A stretch of DNA of 64,000 bases from Sphagnum compactum (GCA_965153455.1 OZ234493.1:33346213-33410212), one strand, 5' to 3'; positions 1 to 13,930 are shown, numbered from the stretch's first letter. Program-made: numbers and translations. The notes: generated from the sequence alone by a model not told the origin.

Positions 1-239
1 TGGCAATGCCAAAAACCATGAACACTGAATCCCCATGAACCACTCAAATGTTGCTTTTGGTAAAACCTCAATTCTGATCCTGGCACTAGCACCAAAAATT
101 GCTCTGCCAATCTGCACACTAAAACTGTAGTCCATCATCCCAATGAGATCATAAAAAGATTGCTAAACAAAATCCTCTTGAGGTTTGCATCTTGCAAATC
201 TGGGCATTACAGGTTTATTGTGAATGTAGAGAGAGGCAC

Positions 240-1819
240 CTTGATAGCACGGTAGTATCGGCCTCTGAGCCACATGAAAGGGATGCTTGCAATACCATCC
301 ATGAGGTACATGAAATTGGCTTTGATGCACTCAAAGTCAGGGTCGCCAGGTTTCCAGCTCGTCATCATGTACACAATGTTGTCCAATGCATACTGAGCAT
401 CACAAAATTGCAGCCAAATCATTTTAGTCTAATGACAATTGATGCATAATCCTAGCAGATGAAAGATGCTGTCAGACATGTTGTTAGAGTGTAACCCACA
501 TTCCTTCCATGCTTACAACCTGAGTAGAAATTGAGAGATGATCAATAACAATGATAGAGATTTGAGATTCCCACAACCAACAACATATCAGTGAGCAGGG
601 AAAAAGAGGAGACAACAGACCCCAAGAACTAAAAAACTCACAGAAACACAATTCAGGAATGAATTGAGCAAAAGATGGCAAATGGACAGTCACATGCAGT
701 TGCTGGTTCCAGTGACCCACATGTGGGATTGCAATATTCATGAGGTAAATTAGCCACAAAGAGAATCCAGAAAAAACAATGCACAACATGAACAACCAGC
801 AGACCATAGGGGTGACCGGAGAAAGACATTTACATCTGCTGCTTCATCAATGACACACACGGTACGTCCCTCCCATTTGCTCAAATTGTTGATGGCAGTT
901 TCCTGAAACTTGGTGAAATTCCTGCGCAATCCATCCATGGAAAGAGGCTCACCAAACTGCTTCCGCATCTTTCTATGCAGCTCTTCATCAGCAAAGAACA
1001 TGGAATTTTCTCCAAGGATCCTTGCTGTGGACTTGAATTGCTGCACTCACCCCCTCACATCCCATCATGATGAATCACATTCCCACAATCCATGAAAAAT
1101 GGGCGATGAATCCAGAGTGCAAGGCAAAGAGAGCTATCTGATGCAGCCACAAGAACAAGACTGCTTCTTCTTCTGTTTGCTGCACAGAGTGTTGCAATGG
1201 ATCCAGAAGGGGAAGGAGAATTCTAAGCCTGCTGGAGGTTCAAAATACACATCTGGTCCGAGATACTGCAGAAAGAAAAACAAAACTCGGTAGTAGACCC
1301 AAAGGCCCGCGCACGCACGCACACACGCTACCTTGTAGGTGAAGAGTGTATGCTCGCCCAGCATGACTGTCTTGAATGCCTGAGGTCCGTGAAAGAACAC
1401 ACCCGTCATGCCGATGATGTTTGTCCTCCACACAGGTCCGTATCTGCTAAGGCGCAACATGCAACAAAATCGTGAAGAATCCTAAACCCCACCCACAAAG
1501 TTGTTTCCTGCAATCTCTGGAACTCTCGGACCTTCACAGATTTGTGGGTGGGGTACCTGGCATATCGCTTGGCGAGAAAACCGTAAAGTCCTTGCGGATG
1601 GTTCTTCACATCAGACAAGAAAGAAAACGTCTCGCCAATGATCGGCCAACCAAGGCTTCCAGGCGGCAATTTGGTGCTTGTAAGCCTCGTACCATCGACG
1701 ACTCCAGCAGCAGCAGCTCCTCGAGCTTGTTGCCATTTCGTCAACAGAACCCAAAGTGCCAGGAACCCCGCCAACGCAGCCAACAAAGTAATTGGGACAT
1801 CATTCTCCGCAAAACCCAT
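240..1819 (-). CDS. Cytochrome P450, CYP85 clan (CYP707/CYP716-like), 5' part; exons 1819-1557, 1443-1332, 1040-834, 392-240; continues beyond the window start
   Basis: N-terminal hydrophobic anchor, then LPPGSLGWPIIGETFSF and RYGPVWRTNIIG, typical CYP85-clan motifs. GT-AG junctions join the exons in frame. An alternative ATG lies at 1828. Confidence 0.88.
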
Positions 1820-2639
1820 TACCTGCATTTCCTTCAACAATCTCCCCGCAGCTCTATACCTCTTCTGTTTTGTCTCCAAAACTCTCAAGCTTCCAAAACA
1901 TCATGAACCCGGGAACCTGATCATATCTACCCCAGTTCCGCGGATCTGCAGGCAACCTATTGTGGTCAGATCACAGAATCCATGCACAAATCATGGAACT
2001 GCAATTTTTGCTTCTAGTGTGATGATGATGATCCTCCTATGATTCTTCATGCAGAATCTCTCTCTATTGCTGCAGTAGATCCGTGAGATTTCTTCGTGAA
2101 GAATGAACTCTCTGTTTCTGCAGTAAATCCATGGGATTCCTTCATGCAGAATCCCATTGGTTCTGCAGTACACCATGAGAGTGGGTCTAACTAGTACCTG
2201 AGAACAAACAAGGTTGCAGAATTCAGGATGCAAATAAAAATAGCACCAAAATGATGCAGCAATTGGCGGGGGGATGGTGCAGATTGGCATCTCCAGATAT
2301 GGGACAGAAGAAGAAGAAGAAGATGCTTGCCAAAGAAAGACAGCTAACAACTGTTGAAAGATTTCTGTTGTAGATTGAGCGAAAGTGTATTTTTATTTTT
2401 GTGTGTAAGGGGGGGAATTGCAATGAGGAGGATCTTGTTTCTTGCAGCAAAGATCCAGGAAGAGCTTGGGAGCTTGCACGTCCTTCCTGATTTTCTGTTG
2501 CTTCATGCCATGATCGCGCCACCCCTGTGGCAGGCAAGGAAGGGAAGGTATAATAACAGCAGCGTTGATTCTTCAAAGAACCTCCGGTTCCTTGTACTTC
2601 CCCCACCCCCAAACAAAAGTCGGCATCAAAGAACCGTTT

Positions 2640-2872
2640 CTTCCGGGCATTTCCCACCCCAGAATCAAAGCATCGGCCAGTTCCGGGTATTTCAAAAAGG
2701 GGCAGAATAAACAGAACCGGCCAGAATCGAAAGAATCAGCCAGTGCCGGGTATTTGAAAAAAAGGGGGCAGATTAAACAGAACTGGCCAGAATCAGAGGA
2801 ATCGGCCAGTACCGGGTATTTCAAAAAAAGAGGGGCAGAATCAAAAGAACTGGTGGTTCCGGGTATTTCCAA
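2640..2872. repeat. Imperfect ~60-bp GC-rich tandem repeat (about 4 units)
   Basis: Recurring GGCCAG(T)..CCGGGTATTTCAAAAA..GGGGCAGAAT units. Confidence 0.75.
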
Positions 2873-2987
2873 ACTCCTTAACCAACCCAACTTGGTTTTC
2901 GTTATTGACCTCCCAAAATAAGTAGGTTAGGTTTGTAGGCTAAGGACCCAAAATAGGGTCATCCTGGGAATTGGGGACCAGCATGCT

Positions 2988-3052
2988 CTAAACCCTAAAC
3001 CCTAAACCCTAAACCTTAACTAAACCTAACTCTAACCCTAAACCCTAAACCC
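2988..3052. repeat. Interstitial plant telomere-type repeats (CCCTAAA)n, degenerate
   Basis: ctaaaccctaaaccctaaaccctaaacct...aaccctaaaccctaaaccc read directly. Confidence 0.8.
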
Positions 3053-4849
3053 AAAAACCTAACTCTTTTTTTTTTTTTTAAATCAAATAACCACCCAACT
3101 CTTGTCAAGACATGATGTAATTAGTTTGGTTTTTCAGTTTTTTTTTTTTTTTTTTTTTATAAATGTATACATAGAATTGTGCATAGAGTTGGTCTCTTTG
3201 AGTGTTTTTCTAGTATTGGCAAGTTTTTTGAATTCGAAATGAATGTCGAACTTTGGGAGTTTATGTTCAAGTTCTTGTGACCAAATCCAACACCCTATAA
3301 GGTGGAACCAACACAAGGATTGAACCATGGAACTAGCCTATTGCTAGAACTAGAATTTTAAAAATAAACTTTTAAAAACATGTTCAAGTTCTTAAGGTAG
3401 GCACATTGAATTTTTTTTAATTAATTCACGAGTAAAATGACCTATATAGGTAGGTGACTAGTTTTAATTTGTTGAAAAACTTGGTACCTTCCAACCCCTT
3501 TGTTTTAGAAAATTGGTGCAAATTTTCCTCTTTAGCTAACGAGGTCCAACAACATTAATAGGAGTTTACAACTTCATTCCGTCATTAATAGGGTTGGAGG
3601 AAGGCAATCAAACCATGTTCACAACATCCATTCATGTCATTAGGATGATGTGTGTTACAACAAGCAAGGGGATTATGATGTCATGCCATTGTTTTCAAAA
3701 CCCTAATTGTCATCTCTATTGATGGCTTGTCAAGCTCCCTTCTAAAACCATTTTGCATTCAAGTTGAAACCTATGTTGTCAACCTTTGAATCCTATAGTG
3801 CAAAGTTTTTGCCATATTGTACTTGAGATCGTCATATTATGCTTTACCGTTGATTCAATACAGCCAATATATTTGGTGGAGGGGATTTATCATCCTTTTG
3901 CAACTCAAAAATTGGAATGCCCGTTCACTTGAAAGTGAAACATTTAAGGATCTTTTAATTGCATTTGTTTGGCTCCCACAAACCTTTCATTGTGGATTTG
4001 GGCATATTAATGTGAGTTGCCATTTCAACTTTGAAGATATGGATAAAAGGAGATTATTTGGTATGGCATATGCAATTTTCATGACAATGGCACTCACAAA
4101 ACTCACGGCATGTGCATCTTTTTCCATTGATTTTTGGGGGCTCTAAATTTTCTATAATAATCTAGAAGTTTCAATTATGATTTGCAAGCTTCCCAAACTT
4201 GATTCCCATTTTTTCTCAAGTTAGATCAAAGCTTTTGAAAGCCACCATTCTTTTTTACATTTTCCTTGTGGTCTTGTCGATCAAAAGTTGTCTCTTCAAG
4301 TTGGCATTTGAAAAAGTTGTTTTGTCAAGTTTGTGTGTCTTGTCATTGTGTTTCACAAAGTTCATAGCTAGGAGACATTGAGTTTTCCTATTTGTGTTGT
4401 TGACCATGGTGAATAGAAGTTTTTGTTCTTTTTAAATTTATACCATTCGCAAAAACTTATGAAGTTTGCCATTTCATCATTAATCTTTCATCAACTTGTT
4501 TAGGAACTTGAAGCTCACCATGCTTTTGGTCTTTTAACCTGATTCCACCATGTTTCCAAAGTCCTACATTTCTTTTAATATTATCAAGTCAACTCATAGA
4601 GGAGTGCAGCCTCCTCCTCATTTTGTAATTTGTTTTCTTGAAACCAAAAATGCACAACACAATCTATAAACCTTTAATTCCATGTTCAATGTGCCTAAAG
4701 TCTTTCTCGAAACACCTCATCTAAGTTCAAATTGCATGGAGTTTTTTATCTTAAACAAATTGAGTATGTCAAATTCACATTCTAACCCGCTTGTAATGTT
4801 GAGTTATTTTATTTGTTGTTTAAACCACCTTTGAAGAAATAGAAAAAGG

Positions 4850-5314
4850 ATGGGAAGAAGCCCAAAAAGTCTTATGACAACGCATAAAAATTTCAAACTA
4901 AATGGGTAACAAGGTTACCATGGGCTAAGGGTGTAATGTCAAATGGTTGGTTTATTTAGAATGTGAGTTGTAAGGGACTTACACTTTGATCAATTTACAA
5001 GTGAGATATTTTAATTAAACACCAAGGTTGTAAAATTGCAATCCAAGATTTACTAAAGTGTGGGGTGAAGAAGGTTGGAGAGTACATATAAAAGATTGTG
5101 CGCACTTGAAAAACATGAAGTTGTATGCTTAAAAGGTCCTAAGTCAATTTTGGTCCAAATGACACAACTTGTAGGTGAGAGGAATCAAAAAGTTGTTCAA
5201 ATGAAAGCCTTGTTTCATGTTCTTACATAGTTGGCCTATGCTAAAGTATGAGTCTTTATACATGTTGTTTGTTATCTAAGGCCCACCCCAAACAATTTTG
5301 TCATGCATTGGTCA
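4850..5314 (+). mobile_element. hAT (ZNF862-like) transposase relic, N-terminal part
   Basis: Interrupted frame ...LIKHQGCKIA..KDCAHLKNMKLYA..KVVQMKALFHVL..PMLKYESLYMLF..NNFVMHWS resembles ZNF862-type hAT transposases; contains stops and frameshifts. Confidence 0.65.
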
Positions 5315-5900
5315 TGAAGATTATTATCACTTCATAACATTTGGTAATTACTTAATAGTGGCATAAGCAATGGTTGACATTATAAAACATTTTATTGATG
5401 TTTTTGTTTGATTGAACAAAAAAGTGTTAATGACTTTAGAATCTTGAAAAAAATTACACTATATAGCAAATTTCAACATCAAAATTTGTTCATCTTTCAA
5501 AGTGAATCCCAAAATGGTATCACACCATGCCTCTTTGGAGATAAACCTTACCCATTTTGGAGTGGGTGATGACAACCCATAAACAAAGTGTTGGTTGTAG
5601 TGTGGTGGAGTGCTTGTACAATAGATGTCATAGGAAAAGTAGATTGGTTATAAATAATGCCAATGAGGTATTGAGCAACAAATTTTGAACATTCTTACAC
5701 TAAACTAATCTCCATGTGAAATTTGTATTGAATGTTTTCATTTGTTTTTACCTACTCCACAATGTGATACTTAATAGAGGAAATTTAGACATTGTGAAGT
5801 TGATACATGTGCTAGAAATACAAACTTATAAAGAGTTACAAAATCAACAAGCAAGTCAACATGTGGATGTTTTTGTACAAGAACACATTCAACCAATGCA
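5315..5900 (+). mobile_element. PIF/Harbinger DDE transposase relic, C-terminal part
   Basis: EDYYH..YLIVA*AMVD..FIDVFV..SVNDFRIL, LFGDKPYP and CFYLLHNVIL are decayed DDE_Tnp_4 motifs (DYY, GSxND, GDxGY, LHN). Confidence 0.7.
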
Positions 5901-6932
5901 CATTGGCAACAAAGGGAAAAAGTAGTTTGGAATGGTTTAAAAAATAATTTTGAAAACCTTCTTAGGGATTCAGGGATTTTAAAAATTGAAGGTTCAAACT
6001 TCATTTTACACCTCAAATTTCATCACAAATGCATGTCTTTAATATTTGTGTTAAATGCTTCTAAATGATTAAGTTTTACTAAAGGTGCATTAACAATCTT
6101 ACCCCATCATTTCTTCAATTATCTCTTGCAAATGCCATCACTAATACAAAATGTGGGTGTAGTCCCCGCTCACTAGACCAATGAATCCACTGCATCCCCA
6201 TTAAGTCCCATTCGCTAGGACCAATGAATTCATTCAAAATCCAGTGAAATCACTTGGTGTACATGGACACCATTTGTTGTAGTGCATGCCCATGAATAAT
6301 GTCAATGCTACAATAGCCTTGACCATGTTATTATTGGTCTTGTTGATGACACAATATTTTATTTGAAAATATTTTAGTTATTTTTTGACATCTTCTTGAA
6401 ACTTGTCCATGCATTCTTCAATTGTGAAAATGGTCATGTGAATTTGTATCAATTGTTGTTACAAGATATTCAAATTTTAAAAAAGAAATTTCAACCAAAT
6501 TCTTGTGAACAACATTTATGAAACACACTTATGTTATCTAAACCTTTTAAAATTTATGTTGAATCTTTTGATGTTGATTGATGAATACCAATAATGCTTG
6601 TTGGAAATGGTGTACAAGGAACTATTATAATAAATGATCTACCATGAGTTGTAACATGTGGTGTAACATGTGATGTACTAGTAGCTACTACAATAGGTTG
6701 TGCTCCATTTTGAATTAAACAATGGGGGAAGAGCCAATCCAAGTCATCTTCTGCCAATTGAATCTTTTCATGGTATGTTGCATTTTTAAAATACCAAATG
6801 AACCATGATTTTATTTTTTTTCGTTTTATTATGAAGGTCCATTTTTGATCAATTGAAGTTTCAACTTTTTTGTTTTGCATGCATGTCATACATTGTGTGA
6901 CATTCTTCAAGTTTGTGTGTAGAATACATCGC

Positions 6933-7410
6933 ATGTTGCAACCCTAATCTTGGGTTCATGACCAAATCTGAGGCCATGTACAAAAAAAATGAAACAAGAA
7001 GAAATTAAGGTAAGAAATGCACATAAACAAATTGTGGGAGTAAAAAGGAAACTTTGAATTTTTTGGGATGAATTCCCACTTTGGGTGCTGGAAGGTTTCA
7101 AAATGTTTTGAATTTTTGGGACAAAAGTTCATGGGAGTAAACTTTGTCAAAATTCAAAATGGTAATTTAATTAAAAAACATTAAAACTAAAAAATAAGGG
7201 TCAAATAATCTTCAATAGAAGCATGCAACATGGTGTTCAAAAGATTTCATCAAGAAATATGATTGTATAATTAGAAGCTTTTCAATAAAAGTTTTTATGA
7301 AAAAGTTATGAACCTATAAAGTTACAAGATTCATAACTTGAAAATCTCAATTGGGATTGCCACTTGGTAATCCTAGGCATTTGAACCATTTCAATATAGT
7401 AATGATATAT
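6933..7410 (+). repeat. Probable decayed LTR-like dispersed repeat
   Basis: Begins TGTTGCAACCCTAATCTTGGG, an LTR-like TG start. No partner LTR or TSD is seen; the call rests on resemblance only. Confidence 0.35.
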
Positions 7411-8739
7411 AAGCTTCAATCCATGGAACAATGGATTGATCATGCTTGTGCTTGAATGCAAACTAAAATTCAAGAAGACCATGAACATAAAATATAATGT
7501 GCATGTATCAAAATCAATTTAATGTTGTGTATGTTTCAATTCATGGAATAAGGGATTGTTAATGTTTCTACTCAAATGCAAACTACAATTCAAGAACATA
7601 TAAGTACTTGAAGGTGTTTTTTGGGTGTTGTCCATGATTTCTTTTCCACCAAATTCTTGCATTTCTTTGCCATTTTTTCATTTTTTTCATTTTTGCAATG
7701 TACAGTGGAGTTACACACACTAAAAAGTTTATATTGCTTTTGGGATAAAAAAACATAGGTTTTCGATCATTATTAATGGAGATTTCCTCTTTGACGAATA
7801 TTCTATACCAAATGACAAATTAACACATAAAATAATCTTTAGATTTTTTTTTATAGTTCACAAAATTTTCCTATAACATTTATATATGGATGTTTCAACA
7901 AAGCTCCAAATAATGTATTAGCAATTGAGTTCAACATGAAAGAACTAGAAACATAATTGGACAACATTGGGATTGGAATAACTATAATTCTTGATTCACA
8001 TCAAGAATTATAAGAAAAAGAAAAATTTCATGTTCAATAATTCAATTGGCCTCAACAGTTATGAGGTGCACTTGAATGATTGAAAGATCATCACAAACTT
8101 CTAATATCATAAAATTTCAATAGAGTTCATGCAAAAATCGTAAAACAATATGTCTGTGCAAAATTCATCCATTTCAAAGTGTAAAAATGACATGAATGTT
8201 TTAAAATATATATATAAAGGATGTGTCTTTTCTACTTATGATGTCTTGATGTGAAATACGTATGATTTACATTTTAATTAAATTTGTGCAGTTATCATGA
8301 TATAATTTTGCATAAAATTATGTAATTTTTGTGTATTAGACATGAAGATTCATGTATGTCATTTATAAAAAAATTCTCATTTTTTTGAATATTTAAGATA
8401 TTGAATATTCACAAATATCCTTCATATTAACCCAAGATAGCACGAAATTCATGTGATTTGTGCAAATCTATGAAAATCAATTTTTGCATGAAATCTATAT
8501 GAGTTTATGAAGCTTGGTAAGTTTATGATGATTATTATGTGGGTGGTGGGTTTTATTTTGTAAGTTTGACCAAAAATAATGATTTACATCAATAACTTCA
8601 AGTCTTTTTTTAAGGCCATTGATAATCCATAATTGTAAGAGTGGTATGCAACAATGTGTGATGAACATCATTTTCTATTCAAAGACCAAGCCTTGGTTTT
8701 GATTGATTTGCTTACACATTGCAAGATCAAAACAACATT

Positions 8740-9030
8740 TGTAGGAAAACTAACCAAGTACAAAGTTTAGCTTCTTGCCCAGGGTTTCACTCAAACCTAC
8801 AATGTAACTGATTACAACCAAAGTTTTAACTAGTTGTAAAATTTGAATCTATTTAAATAATTCTATTTATTTGTGCATAACAAGACATGAATATTGTGCA
8901 TTTTGACATCCACATTACATTCCTACATGGTGACTTAGATCATGAAATTTACATGTTATAGTTCAAAGGTTTCACATCCTTGGGTGAAAAATCAAAGGTC
9001 TATTGACTTTTGAAGAGTTTGTACATGGGA
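8740..9030 (+). mobile_element. Ty1/copia reverse transcriptase relic
   Basis: KYKV*LLAQGFTQTY..DY..VVKFESI..QDMNIVHFDIHITFLHGDLDHEIYM..LLKSLY matches copia RVT_2 motifs (ARLVAxGFxQ, xDVxTAFLxGxL, LxKSLYG). Confidence 0.8.
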
Positions 9031-9039
9031 AAATTTTGA

Positions 9040-9410
9040 AAACCATTCAACATGAATTTCCATTGCCATTTCACAAACAAAACCATTGAACATTCTGCCA
9101 TTGTTCACATATTTTTACCATTGAATAACGAAATTGTTGAACATTTTGCCATTGAACAAATGAATTAATTAGGCTTCAACCATTGAACAAATGAAAATGA
9201 AAAAAAATCTTAATAAATCAACCAGCTTCTACCATTGAATAAATGAAAAAGAAAAAGAAAAACCTATACAAATGAACTAGCCTCCACCATTGACCAAATG
9301 AAAAAACCCTTTGGAAATGAAACTGAATTTCTATAGATGATTGGACCTTATCCATTGAACAAATGAGAATGGAAATGGGCCTCTTTAAATGAAATTAACT
9401 TCTACCAATG
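9040..9410. repeat. Degenerate tandem repeat built on CCATTGAACAAATGAAA
   Basis: The motif recurs about 8-9 times at 20-60 bp spacing. Confidence 0.6.
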
Positions 9411-9659
9411 GGCTTTTGGCTTTACTTTTCATCATTTCCAAATTGCATCCTCCATATTCAACGTTTTTACTTCTAACATATAATAAACAACTCAAAGAAA
9501 AATTTGAAACTTTCATTCAAGTTTCTGCTTCTACAAACCAAATTAAGCCTATGTAATTCATGTGATGCAATGTTTATACATGAAAATCGAAAAGAGAATG
9601 GGTCAATGGGCCCCACCTTTATAATTTGCACTTAATTAAAATTAGGATTTACATTGCAA

Positions 9660-10312
9660 GCAAAGGATAGTATTTTACCATTATTTTTTCGAAAGGCTCC
9701 AACAAGGACATCCATTTGGTCTTTTGCATTTTTCATAATTTTATTCCCCTTGGTTTCTAATATTTGAACTAGTTTTTAAAACTCCAAATGTGATGGGTGG
9801 CTAAAATAACCATACATGTTCATTATGAACATTTGAATTCATGCAATGAAAGTCAAATTTGCCAACGATTAGATTGCCAAGTTAATTCTATGAACAACAA
9901 AATGAACACCAATAATGAAACATTGGTGCCCAAGAATCCTTCATTTGTTTGGTAACTTTTATTTTCCCACCTTGAAACACATTCACATCATTTACTCTAG
10001 AGCACAAAAGCTTCTTGGACAAATCCTTCCTAGTTAACCCTCCACCCTTCAACAATGCATTCAAAATCATTTCAAATGAGGTTGTTAAAACTTGATCCAT
10101 CAACAACCCTATTATTTAGACATACCAAAATAAATACCCTACTTTGATAATCAACCACATATGCATGCACACAAATCCATGAAGAGCCATTGTAAATGGT
10201 TGTAAATTGTAACCTCATCACAAGAACATATTATATATTGGGCAGAATGTATGTTTTAATAATAGCATTTTGGACTTGAATGTACATGGATTCAATAAGG
10301 ATTGAACTAACT
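9660..10312 (-). mobile_element. hAT (ZNF862-like) transposase relic, central catalytic part
   Basis: ESMYIQVQNA, SCDEVT, WICVHAYVVD, ILNALLKGGGLTRKDLSKKLLC..VNVFQGGK..VTKQMKDSWAP and ETKGNKIMKN. Confidence 0.72.
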
Positions 10313-10760
10313 TGTCTTTGGCTTAACAATATGAATATGTGTGCCATCAATTGCACCATGCACTAAAAACATACCACATTAATTTTTAATTTAGTCATTA
10401 CTAATTCCAAAATTGTACTTTTTCAGCCACTTGATCATTCTTTTGAATACTATGTTGATAGTTGTAACAAACTTTCAAACAATAAATGCAACAATGGATT
10501 TGCCAATGGTAAACAATTCATAACACATTAAAATGTTTGCACCTTGTGCAAGCTTGTATGTTACACAACAAACCTTCACTTCAACTGTATGGCCAAACAA
10601 TATCTAGTATTTTGCTTCAAAAGAAATGGTAAATCTCATTAGCAATATTAAATAATGTCGTTTTTTACATTTAAAATTGTTCTCTCCACTAATTTTCATC
10701 ATATTTTATGAGAAGAAAATGAGAGTATCATGTGGTATTCTTGGGTTTTACCTAGTGATC
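10313..10760 (-). mobile_element. PIF/Harbinger DDE transposase relic, N-terminal part
   Basis: CGMFLVHGAIDGTHIHIVKPK at 10378-10316 is the hallmark GAIDGTH motif. The upstream HTH-like region (YKLAQG..FTIGKSI) is decayed. Confidence 0.8.
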
Positions 10761-13700
10761 AAGGTCTTCTACAAACAATGCAAGATATTTTATAATTGTG
10801 TAATGCAATAAAGGTAAGAATCATCTATAGATTAATGGAAGATGCAATGATATTTAAGCAATTCAACATGAAAAAATTTGAATTAAATGTGCTACATGTT
10901 CAAAAGAGTTTCTATTAGCATGACAAGATTCCCCATAAACAACACAATTTGTGCATCATCCATTTTGCTTTGTCTTATGTAACAATTACTACAACAATTC
11001 AAGTTACAAAAACCAAGGTAGAATTTAATGAAAATTTCAAAACAAGGTCATCACAACAACATTAAACAATAAAAAATGGTAAACAAAAGGAAACAATGAC
11101 TACAATGAAAAAATGACAATTAAGGAATACTAAAAGATAGATTTGAATAGTCAACAATGAAAACGAGTTAGTGAAAAAAACAAAAAAATAGGTCAAAAAA
11201 AACTATGAAAAGATGGTGATAGACATGTGCAATGTGTATGTCAAATTGATTATGCTATTGGTAGCATGTTGTTATGAGATATATGTAGTAATTTGAGTTT
11301 TAACTTTAGATCGACAAATAAAGTGATTTGTATCATTTTTAAAATATAACATCACCATGTGAAGAACCTTGATGATAACAAAGATTTAAAAAATAAGTTA
11401 ACTCCATGTGTGTTCATGCCTTCAAATTCTATTTCTAGAATATGAAGCTCCAAAACAAAAATATAATGAACAAGGTTCAAATAAAACTTCAAGTTGAAAG
11501 TCTATCTTCAAAAGCTACAAGTATCAAATCTAATGAACATAGCTCAAACAAGTTCTGAATTCAAAGTTCATTTCCAAAATATGAAACTACATCAATCTCA
11601 TTACAAAAGTGTTTGGGAAAGTGCCATGTCAAGTTTCAAGTCATCCTAAAAATCTAAATGAAATATCTTTACTATTACAACAACAAGCACAATCTTGAAT
11701 CCAACAATCAAAGTATCTTATTAAAGATTTCTAGAATTAAAATAAAAATATTCTCAAGATCAACAACATAGTTGATTGATTGTAATAAGACAATTGTGCA
11801 AGTTGTTGAAAACATGACCAAACATGGTGTTAACATCCACAACTCCCAATGGCAAACAATTGTGCATCACATCCAAACACTCTTTATACTTGGGAAGCTT
11901 GGTTTCAAATACATCATTCTAAAATCTATCATCAAAATCAGCAATTGATCTCCCTATTATGAAGCATGAAAACAAATTTTCTTTATTGGAAATGGGAACA
12001 TAAACAACATTAATGCATGAGGAAATTTCTTACACATACAAGCAACAACATTCATAATAGGAATAACATCAAAAACCACTTTCTTCACATTTGAATTCAT
12101 GCAAAGCACAAGTATCACACAAAAATCACAATAGAAAAACTACATACTTTGAAAACCAAACATCCATTAAAATAATGTTACCTTCAACTTTTTATATGCA
12201 ATTCTTTCCTCACAAAAACCATAGAGAAGTAGTTGATTACCAACCTTCAACTCATTGTCTATTATGTGTTGTAGAGCATGGTCTCTCAAGTGTTTGTCAA
12301 TATGATTGTACCTACAACACTAGCAAACTACATACAATGCAACGCACAAAAGTTAAAACAAAACAACAAAATAAAAACATAAATGTAATGGAATCCAAAG
12401 CCACATAGCAACAAACACCCTTGGAGCAAAACAAAAAAGAAAAGAAGGCTTGGAATCCTATGACAAAACACTTGCAACATAACATAAAAGAAAAGTAGGA
12501 CCAACTTTGCATTAAAAAAATTGGATCTCTTTGGCCAATCACTTCCACATTATGCTTTTAAAAATTTAGAACAAGCATATCTTTCATGTGGGTGATATTG
12601 ACACCATAGTCAATCTTAATCGACATAACCTTTTTTTTCAACTTAGGAAACACCATCATTAGCTTGTCAACAATCGAACATGATTTATTTCAATTAACTA
12701 ACAAACAAACAAACAAAACATCATCAAATTTTCACCATTTTGATTTAGGTCACAAAAACATGGGGTGCATCCTTAACTTACAAAGAGGCCAATCAATAGG
12801 GCACTTCTTGTTAACTTTAAAAGAATGCCAATATCATTAGCAACTAGATAATTTGTTGATGTATGTTAGCAAAGCATCTTGTGACAAAAGTGCACCAACT
12901 TTTGGAAATGCTTCGATAAAATGTAAGCACTAAACCCAAATAGGAAGCTACATAACAAAAAATTTATCAAAATTCACATTCATGAGCTTTGGACAATCCT
13001 TGATGAAAAGTTTCACATGTAACCAAATTGGAGATTTAGACCAATTATGATGTTGGCTAATAAACCTCCTTTCCCAACATCCTCCTTTCTTTTTTATCAA
13101 CAAAACATTGAACTTTTTGAGGATTTTTCAGAGACAAGCATGTGACATTCAAAAAACTATTTCATCACCGACAATCTTCAAATGGTCAAAAAACCTTCAA
13201 ATGGCCTCTCTATGGCTCTAATTAGTGCTTGTATGCTACATGCACAATCCCAAAACACAAAACAAAAAATTAAACTTCAAACATGAACATAATCACAAAA
13301 TGATATCTAAACAACAACCAAACAAATTGCCAACATACCCACCAATTCCTTGACATAATATTTACCTTATGAAAAATCAGCTATAAACTCACAATAATAA
13401 AAGAGGTTGCAATTGTAAAACAAGAACAAAATTAATAATAATGCACATCAAATTGACCTACCCAAAAGAAAGAGACAAATCAAGATACAAATGATGGAAG
13501 CTACATTTTGTTGCACTCCAAAGAAAAAATTAAAAACAAAGCAAAAAAGTATACAATGATGAAAGCATCAACTCTATCACACACGAGAACACAAAAATGG
13601 AAAACTAATGTATAAGCAATGTAGTCAACAACGGACAAAACAAAAACAAGATGATGAAAGCAAAATGATAGGAAAAGATGCATGGAAACTTGAAAGATAG

Positions 13701-13930
13701 CTTTAATGGGCAAAAAAGGAAAGAAATAATGTTTTTTTGATACTTTTGGTACCTGAAATGTATATAGGTTTAGACCAATTTGGATTTTTCAACCCCTTTC
13801 TCTTGACCTACCAACCTTGTGATGAGAACCTAAAATTTGGAAGGCAATAAGCAAAGTGTTGAGGGGTTCTTGACTTTTACAAAGAACTTTTGGTTTTGGT
13901 TCCAAAAAATTATTTTAAAATGGTTTTGTT

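Noticed and set aside
1472-2042. Plus-strand ORFs of 134-144 aa
   Set aside because: They are antisense shadows of GC-rich P450 exon 1 with no recognisable domain.
11780-13260. Possible decayed minus-strand coding relic
   Set aside because: Only short peptide-like stretches broken by many stops and frameshifts; no family could be assigned.
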